The notes under the pieces: model-generated | What the model was told of the DNA's origin: nothing | What the model saw: the letters and a program-made list of their open reading frames with translations, nothing else | The model's database searches: none | In this document: positions 1-5,590 of the stretch, in pieces | How the letters are laid out: every line of letters begins with the position of its first letter | Numbering within the stretch: position 1 is the stretch's first letter | Translations under genes and position numbers: made by a program | Assembly (NCBI GenBank): GCA_036351155.1 | Contig: JAZBOO010000040.1 | Span: forward strand, 1 to 7,390 | Source: Candidatus Krumholzibacteriia bacterium | Lineage (GTDB): Bacteria > Krumholzibacteriota > Krumholzibacteriia > LZORAL124-64-63 | Length of the DNA: 7,390 bases | Direction: 5' to 3'

Positions 1-585
1 GAGGACATCCTCTACAAGCTGGGCGACCGGAACCTGGATCAGCTGAAGTACCAGCTGGCCCTGGGTCTCAAGCCCACCAGCGACCTGCGGATGGATCTGG
101 GCTTCCAGGCCATCGACCAGACCTACGAGCGCCTGGACGAGGCCGTGGAAACCACCTGGGCCACCCAGCGCGGTTACCTGATCGCCAACTGGACCGTGAT
201 GCCCCGGCTGACCGTGCTGGCCTCGGCCAGCCTGGGCCAGGACAAGTACGAACTGACCGACGGCCCGGTGTCCACAGGCACCATCGGCCCGTTGATGTAC
301 GACGGCAAGACCCTGCGCTACGCCCCCGGCGTGGTGTTCAGCGCCACGGACAAGCTGACGCTGGAAGCCATCTACGAAGGGATCGACTTCGAAGACAAGG
401 CGGACCGGGACGACGACAGCTACAAGCTGCAGTCGGACCACAGCCGCGTGTTGCTGCGGGCCGGCTACGATGTGGGCGAGAACGCCCGCGTGACCGCCGG
501 TTACCGTCGTCAGGAATTCGATGAGAACCGCTGGGATGACTACATCCTGGACATTTATTCACTGTCCGTGTCGGGCACGTTCTAG
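1..585 (+). CDS. Outer-membrane beta-barrel protein, C-terminal part (5'-truncated by window edge); possibly the porin of a porin-cytochrome system
   Basis: Frame 1 is open from base 1 (EDILYKLGDRNLDQLKYQLALGLKPTSDLRM...), so ATG 91 is internal. Alternating amphipathic strands with aromatic residues (GYLIANWT, LTLEAIYE, VLLRAGYD, RVTAGYRR). Ends in a beta-signal-like terminal Phe (IYSLSVSGTF, TAG 583-585). Exact family not identifiable by eye. Confidence 0.8.
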   Translation, partial: EDILYKLGDRNLDQLKYQLALGLKPTSDLRMDLGFQAIDQTYERLDEAVETTWATQRGYLIANWTVMPRLTVLASASLGQDKYELTDGPVSTGTIGPLMYDGKTLRYAPGVVFSATDKLTLEAIYEGIDFEDKADRDDDSYKLQSDHSRVLLRAGYDVGENARVTAGYRRQEFDENRWDDYILDIYSLSVSGTF

Positions 586-600
586 AAACCGAGGCCGAAC

Positions 601-1218
601 GTGAACACACTGCATCGACCCGAATCCCGCAAGGACCAGTTGCTGGCGCAGGCGACCCTGCTGTTCAGCAACCACGGGTTCGATGGTACCAGCATGCGCA
701 TGATCGCGCGTGCCAGTGGCATCACGGAAGCGGCCATTTACCGGCATTTCGACAACAAGTCCCATCTGTACGAAGAAGTGATCCGGGCCAAAGCCCGTTG
801 TCACGACATCGCGCAACTGCGTGAGGAAACTCCCGCCGGCGAGGACGTGGAAGGCCTCCTGACCAGGATCGCCCACCACATCCTCAACCTGGCGGCCCAG
901 GATCCTCAGCTGATGCGCCTGATGTTCCATAACAGCCTGGAGCGCGGGGCCTTCTCGGCCCTGCTCTTCATGGAAGTGCGCCTGCCGTATATCGAGTTTC
1001 TGGCTGAGGAACTGGCCAACCGCATGAAGGTTGGCGAGGTGCGCAGGGTTGATCCGCTGATCACAAGTCGCTGTTTCGTGGGCATGGTCATGGACTGTGC
1101 GCTGAACATCGGCGTGTGGACAAAGATGTTGGATTCCCAGTTCGAGGCCAACGACGTGGTCTGCAATAACGTGCCGATCTTCGCTCGTGGCCTCTTGACC
1201 GAACAGGCCGCCCACTAG
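601..1218 (+). CDS. TetR/AcrR family transcriptional regulator
   Basis: Typical N-terminal HTH (LFSNHGFDGTSMRMIARASGITEAAIYRHFDNKSHLY), 205 aa, GTG start with GAGG at 591-594, helical C-terminal domain containing 'GEVRRVDP'. Confidence 0.95.
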   Translation: MNTLHRPESRKDQLLAQATLLFSNHGFDGTSMRMIARASGITEAAIYRHFDNKSHLYEEVIRAKARCHDIAQLREETPAGEDVEGLLTRIAHHILNLAAQDPQLMRLMFHNSLERGAFSALLFMEVRLPYIEFLAEELANRMKVGEVRRVDPLITSRCFVGMVMDCALNIGVWTKMLDSQFEANDVVCNNVPIFARGLLTEQAAH

Positions 1219-1231
1219 GGCGCCTGCAACC

Positions 1232-1237
1232 GGGGAG
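1232..1237 (+). promoter_or_regulatory. Ribosome-binding site of the cytochrome gene
   Basis: GGGGAG 6 nt upstream of ATG 1244. Confidence 0.75.
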
Positions 1238-1243
1238 TAACCG

Positions 1244-2767
1244 ATGAAACGCATGATTCCTTTCAGCATCCTGGCGGTTCTGCTGGTGCTGACCTTCCTG
1301 TGCGGGTGTGAAAACGACACCGGCAACGATCTGGGCGAAGGCCCGGGCGGCGGTGGCACCACCACCGACATGTCCTGCCTGGGTTGTCACTCCAGCCAGA
1401 CCATGCTCGAGGAGGCGCTGGGCGAAGAAGGCGCCAAGGTGGAGGTGGCCATCAAGTCGGATGGCTGAGGCGGCGAAGTACCCCCGCTGGAAGCGTGGGA
1501 AAAAGTCATCATCACCGGCAACAATGGCACCCAGTTCCTCAACAGTGCGCATGGACCCGACTATGAAGGGGACCTGGTCCCCCACGTGCTGACCTGTCAG
1601 CATTGCCACGCCGGTCCCGCCGATTTCACCTTCGAAACCGCGGCCCAGGCCCACGACGGCATGATTGCCGACCCCAGCAGCTTCGGCACCTCGGGCTGTG
1701 TGCAGTGTCACGCACCCGACTTCGCGGAGAACGCCTGCGACGGCTGCCACTCCCAAGCAGTGGACGCCACCCGCAACAGCCTGCACACCAACCTGTGGGG
1801 CTACAAAGACGCCATCGAGGCGCGCTGTACCGCGAACTTCGACGAGCTGGGCGTGGAAGAGGGCTTCCAGGCCAACTGCGCCGGTTGCCACACCACTTGC
1901 GGACAGTGCCATATCAGCCGTCCCAAGAGCGTGGGCAGCGGTTTCATCCAGATCGCCGGTTCCCCATACTCGCACCGTTTCCGTCCCTCACCGGACATGA
2001 ACGAGCAGTGCATTGCCTGCCACGGCAGCCGCATCGGCAACGACTTCCTGGGTCAGTCCGAGGGTAACGTGGAAGACACGCACCGCCAGATGCAGTGCAA
2101 GGGCTGTCACACCATGGAAGAGATCCATGGCGACCCCACGCACACCGAGGAGAACCACTACAACGATCGCTACGAGGTGACCAACATGCCTCGTTGCGAG
2201 GAATGCCATGGAACCGAGGCCGAGTGGGACAATAGCTACCACAACGCCCATGTCGACGGCTTCGCCTCGAACCTGCAGTGCCAGGTCTGCCACTCGCAGC
2301 CCTACAAGAACTGCACGAATTGCCACAACCTGGGATCGGGCGAGAAGAGCCCCGACAAGTACGACATCGACCCCAGCATGGTGCAGCTGAAGATCGCCCC
2401 CAACGATGGTGGTCCTTCAGGCCTGAACAACCCCAACCGTGCCGAGTACGATTACGTGCTGGTGCGCCACACGCCCGTGGATCCCGGCACTTTCGACGAC
2501 TGGGGACTGTCTTTGCCCAACTACACGGCCGTGCCCACCTGGAAGTACACCTCGCCGCACAACATCGTGCGCTGGACCGCCCAGACCACGGTTGAAGCGG
2601 GGCAGAGCTGCGGCACTTCCTGCCATGGCACGCCCGACAGTCCGGAAGGGTTCTTCCTGCGGGAAAGCGACCTGTACGAGACCGATGGCGTGACCCGGCT
2701 GCCCGACTATGACGCCAATATCAATTTCGTGATGCCGGACCCCGACAAAGTGAAGTCCGACAAGTAG
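1244..2767 (+). CDS. Multiheme c-type cytochrome lipoprotein (11 CxxCH + 1 CxxxCH), probable selenoprotein with Sec75 encoded by TGA 1466-1468; 507 aa
   Basis: ORFs 1244-1468 and 1586-2767 share a frame, and the 39 codons between them are open (GGEVPPLEAWEKVIITGNNGTQFLNSAHGPDYEGDLVPH). The N-part has a lipoprotein signal (FLCG|C22) and CLGCH. The C-part has CQHCH, CVQCH, CDGCH, CAGCH, CGQCH, CIACH, CKGCH, CEECH, CQVCH, CTNCH and CGTSCH but no export signal. A SECIS-like hairpin follows the TGA. The cytochrome call is secure; Sec read-through is inferred. Confidence 0.85.
1482..1499 (+). promoter_or_regulatory. Candidate bacterial SECIS element
   Basis: CCC-CGCU-[GGA]-AGCG-(U bulge)-GGG: 7-bp stem starting 14 nt after the UGA, with an apical loop whose first G is 21 nt after the UGA. 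This fits the general bacterial SECIS geometry. Folded by eye only. Confidence 0.7.
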
Positions 2768-2781
2768 TTTCGTTCGCAAGA

Positions 2782-2847
2782 CTCCCCGCAGAACACTCTG
2801 CGGGGAGCATCAACAGGGGATCTTCCCCGAACCGGATCGCTGATCCG
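2782..2847 (+). repeat. Three tandem inverted repeats (hairpins) in the cytochrome-rhodanese intergenic region
   Basis: CTCCCCGCAGA-acac-TCTGCGGGGAG (2782-2807, perfect 11 bp); GGGGA-tct-TCCCC (2816-2828); CGGATC-gct-GATCCG (2833-2847). None is followed by a U-tract. Confidence 0.8.
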
Positions 2848-2851
2848 CGCC

Positions 2852-2857
2852 AAGGAG
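2852..2857 (+). promoter_or_regulatory. Ribosome-binding site of the rhodanese gene
   Basis: AAGGAG lies 7 nt upstream of ATG 2865 but only 1 nt upstream of ATG 2859, favouring 2865 as the start. Confidence 0.8.
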
Positions 2858-2864
2858 AATGACA

Positions 2865-4754
2865 ATGTTGAAACGCTGGTTCCTTCTTGTGATCATGATG
2901 CTCGCCCTGGTGGCCTTTACCGGTTGCTCCGACGACGACGACCCGGTTAACCCGCCCTCCGGCGACACCGCCTTCGAAGTCATGGTGGCCGCCGGCAAGG
3001 CGTACATCAACGACAGCGCCCAGTGCCCTGGCGTGATCAGCGCCCAGGCTGTTTATGATAACTTGGACGACTACACGGTCATCGACGTCCGGTCCATGGA
3101 CCATTACCTGGCCGGTCATATCCCCGGTGCCTACCAAACCACCTGGTCCACCTTCCTGGACGACCTGGCCAACAACATCCCCACCGGCAAGCCCTACGTC
3201 ATCACCTGTTACACGGGCCAGTCTGCCGGTCACTACAAGATTGCCGCCGAGATGATGGGCTACGATGATGTTTATAGCCTGCTCTGGGGCATGAGCTCCT
3301 GGAACGAGAACACCGCCGGCAACAAGTGGCAGGGCAACGCCATGGTGGATGACGCCCTGGGCGCCGCCAATGCCGAGCAGACCAACAACAACGGCGATCT
3401 GGTCGAGCATGACTTCCCCGTGCTGACCGAAGACGCCAGCACCGTGGTGGCCGACCGCGTCGAGGCCATGCTGGCCGCCGGTTTCCAGGCCACTTCCTAC
3501 GCGGCCATCCAGGACAACCTGGACGACTACTTCGTCATCAACTACTTCGGCGAAGCCGACTACCTGGGCACCGGCGGCTCGGGCGTCCCCGGCCACATCC
3601 CCGGCGCCTTCCAGTTCACCCCCTACGCCAGCCTGGGCGACGACCAGATGCTGAACAACCTGCCCAGCGACGGCACCACCATCGTGGTGTACTGCTGGAC
3701 CGGACAGCACAGCAGCCAGGTCACCGCGTACCTGAACATGCTGGGCTACAACGCCAAGAGCCTGGCCTACGGCAGCAACAATCTGTTCTACAGCAGCCTG
3801 ACCGCCCACAAGTGGAACGACGCCAACTGCATGAACTTCGACATGGAAATGGGCCCGATGATGACCGGCGACTTCGCCGCTCTGGTCGACGCGGGTGACG
3901 ACTACATCAACGACAACACCGACTGCCCCGGCACCATCAGTGCTCAGGCCCTGTATGACAACCTGGACGACTACACCGTGATCGATATCCGTGGAGCCAC
4001 CGATTACGCCGACGGCCACATCGTCGGCGCCATCAACAGCTCGCTGACCGACCTGATGACCGACCTGACCGACGGCACCATCCCCACCGGCAACCCCTAC
4101 GTGGTGGCTTGCTACACCGGCCAGGCCGCCGGCCACGCCAAGCTGGCCATGGAACTGATGGGTTACGAGAACGTCAAGACCCTGGCCTGGGGCATGAGCT
4201 CCTGGAGTCCTGATGTGACGGGGACGAACTGGGCAACCTCGACCATGGTCGCCGACGCCTTGGGCGCCGCCAATGCCGAGCAGACCAACAACAACCCGGA
4301 CCTGGTCTGGGGCGACTACCCCACCACCACCGGCACCATGGAAGACCGCGTGAACGCCATGCTGGCCGCCGGCTTCCAGGGCGTCAGCTACGCCTCGATC
4401 CAGGACAACCTGGATGACTACTTCGTGGTCAACTACTTCGGCGAAGCCGACTACCTGGGCGAGGGCATGTCCGGCGTGCCCGGCCACATCCCCGGCGCCT
4501 TCCAGTACACTCCCTATGCCAGCATGGGCATGGGCGAGATGCTGGCCTACCTGCCCACCGACCAGACCATCGTGGTGTACTGCTGGACCGGCCAGCACAG
4601 CAGCCAGGTCACCGCGTACCTGAACGTGCTGGGCTACACGGCCAAGAGCCTGGTCTACGGCAGCAACAACCTGTTCCACAGCAGCCTGACCGGCCACAAG
4701 TGGAGCAGCGCCAACGTCATGGACTTCCCGCTGCACAACTCCGTCACCAACTAA
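2865..4754 (+). CDS. Four-domain rhodanese (sulfurtransferase)-like lipoprotein
   Basis: Lipoprotein signal MLKRWFLLVIMMLALVAFTG|C21. Rhodanese signatures VIDVR...Y..GHIPGA and VIDIR...DY..GHIVGA, plus two further GHIPGA. Active-site loops CYTGQSA (Cys 3207), CWTGQHS (3693), CYTGQAA (4110), CWTGQHS (4581), with 'LWGMSSW' and 'LAWGMSSW' after loops 1 and 3. Stop is TAA. Confidence 0.92.
   Translation: MLKRWFLLVIMMLALVAFTGCSDDDDPVNPPSGDTAFEVMVAAGKAYINDSAQCPGVISAQAVYDNLDDYTVIDVRSMDHYLAGHIPGAYQTTWSTFLDDLANNIPTGKPYVITCYTGQSAGHYKIAAEMMGYDDVYSLLWGMSSWNENTAGNKWQGNAMVDDALGAANAEQTNNNGDLVEHDFPVLTEDASTVVADRVEAMLAAGFQATSYAAIQDNLDDYFVINYFGEADYLGTGGSGVPGHIPGAFQFTPYASLGDDQMLNNLPSDGTTIVVYCWTGQHSSQVTAYLNMLGYNAKSLAYGSNNLFYSSLTAHKWNDANCMNFDMEMGPMMTGDFAALVDAGDDYINDNTDCPGTISAQALYDNLDDYTVIDIRGATDYADGHIVGAINSSLTDLMTDLTDGTIPTGNPYVVACYTGQAAGHAKLAMELMGYENVKTLAWGMSSWSPDVTGTNWATSTMVADALGAANAEQTNNNPDLVWGDYPTTTGTMEDRVNAMLAAGFQGVSYASIQDNLDDYFVVNYFGEADYLGEGMSGVPGHIPGAFQYTPYASMGMGEMLAYLPTDQTIVVYCWTGQHSSQVTAYLNVLGYTAKSLVYGSNNLFHSSLTGHKWSSANVMDFPLHNSVTN
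3003..4727 (+). repeat. Intragenic tandem duplication of about 0.9 kb (unit 1 ~3003-3839, unit 2 ~3903-4727)
   Basis: Matching blocks at offsets of 888-903 nt, e.g. TACATCAACGAC at 3003/3903 and ATCCAGGACAACCTGGA at 3507/4398. Segments 3681-3815 and 4569-4703 differ at 8 of 135 nt by manual count. Confidence 0.95.
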
Positions 4755-4769
4755 TCCTGGCTGGGACGC

Positions 4770-4803
4770 AAAAGGGAGGGCCTTCGGGCCCTCCCTTTTT
4801 TTT
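4770..4803. terminator. Rho-independent terminator, probably bidirectional
   Basis: AAAA-GGGAGGGCC-TTCG-GGCCCTCCC-TTTTTTTT: 9-bp stem, cUUCGg tetraloop, U8 on + and U4 on -. It lies between the convergent stops at 4754 and 4820. Confidence 0.95.
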
Positions 4804-4819
4804 CTCCACCGCTGAAGCC

Positions 4820-5590
4820 TTACCGCACCGGCCGCGTGAACAGCCAGTTCCCCCCGTCAGCGGGCGGTTCCTCCGCAGCCTCCCAGCCCAGCGCATTGAA
4901 CCCCAGCAAATCTTGCGGCGTGGTCGCTCCCGACTCCAGCGCGTACTTGACCAGCGCGCCGCGGGCCATCTTCGAATGCACCGCGACGGTCTTCAAGCTG
5001 CCGTCCGGCTTCTCTTCCTTGAACACCAGCGAGATCAGGGGACCTTTCAGCTGCTTCAGATCCAGGGCCTTGATGTACTCCTGGGCTGCCACGCTGATCA
5101 CCGGCTCGCCCTTTTTCAGGTCGGCGTTGAGCGCCGCGGTGAGCGGTTCCTTCCAGAACTCGACCAGATTTCGGCACCCCCTGGGCTGCAGCTTGCTCCC
5201 CATTTCCAACCGGTAGAACTCGATCAGATCGAGCGGGCGCAACAGACCGTAAAGGCCCGACAGGACACGCACATCACGCTGAGCGTGCTTGAGCTGGGCG
5301 GGGGTCAATGTCTCCGCCTCGATGTACTTGTAAACCAGTCCGGTGAAGGCGAAGAGGGCCGGTGCCTGAGGTTGCCCAGCCTGCCCCCACAGCGCGGCAG
5401 CGGCCTTGGTCTCGGTGGCCAGCTTGGGACTCACCGACATCAGCTTGGCCAGCTTTGCTTCACTCAGGGGCCGCAACTGATCGGCCAGCTGCTGGGCCTG
5501 CTCCAGCTGCCGGGCCTTCGTGGCCCGAGGTGCACGCGGATAGGCGATCCCCGCATCCATGGTCTTGGTGGAGTTCAACAGGATCTTCAC
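4820..5590 (-). CDS. yaaA: YaaA / UPF0246 (DUF328) peroxide-stress DNA-binding protein
   Basis: 256 aa with family motifs 'LAKLMSVSPKLA', 'PALFAFTGLVY', 'VLSGLYGLLRPLDLIEFYRLEMG', 'SKMARG' and terminal 'FTR'. The GTG start overlaps the uup stop (GTGA), with GGAG just upstream. Confidence 0.93.
   Translation of the reverse strand: MKILLNSTKTMDAGIAYPRAPRATKARQLEQAQQLADQLRPLSEAKLAKLMSVSPKLATETKAAAALWGQAGQPQAPALFAFTGLVYKYIEAETLTPAQLKHAQRDVRVLSGLYGLLRPLDLIEFYRLEMGSKLQPRGCRNLVEFWKEPLTAALNADLKKGEPVISVAAQEYIKALDLKQLKGPLISLVFKEEKPDGSLKTVAVHSKMARGALVKYALESGATTPQDLLGFNALGWEAAEEPPADGGNWLFTRPVR

Noticed and set aside
583..603. TAG read-through (pyrrolysine) fusing the barrel to TetR, which are in the same frame with 5 open codons between them
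   Set aside because: The barrel ends in a canonical terminal Phe, TetR has its own RBS, and an outer-membrane/cytoplasmic fusion is implausible. Sharing a frame is a 1-in-3 coincidence.
1466..1468. Genome-wide UGA reassignment (Trp/Gly) or a pseudogene as the explanation for the TGA
   Set aside because: uup ends with TGA at its expected C-terminus, Trp is encoded by TGG, and no other gene here has an internal TGA. Both parts of the cytochrome look intact and a SECIS-like hairpin is present. A nonsense mutation or sequencing error is less likely but not formally excluded.
559..1975. Antisense ORFs 559-1371 and 1088-1975, plus short alternative-frame ORFs over the cytochrome
   Set aside because: They overlap well-supported + strand genes and show no domain signatures.
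1586..2767. Standalone 393-aa cytochrome starting at GTG 1586
   Set aside because: It has no signal peptide, starts three residues before a CxxCH, lacks a well-spaced RBS, and its frame is open back to the TGA at 1466. It is better explained as the C-terminal part of 1244-2767.
2782..2807. 11-bp hairpin as an intrinsic terminator, CRISPR repeat or IS end
   Set aside because: There is no U-tract on either strand, only one copy in the window, and no spacers, cas genes or transposase.
2859..2864. ATG 2859 as the rhodanese start
   Set aside because: It is only 1 nt from the AAGGAG RBS, whereas ATG 2865 has 7-nt spacing and gives a normal signal peptide.
2721..4736. 671-aa antisense ORF
   Set aside because: It mirrors the rhodanese gene, as expected from strong codon bias in GC-rich DNA. 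It has V/G/A/H-rich shadow composition and no recognisable motifs.
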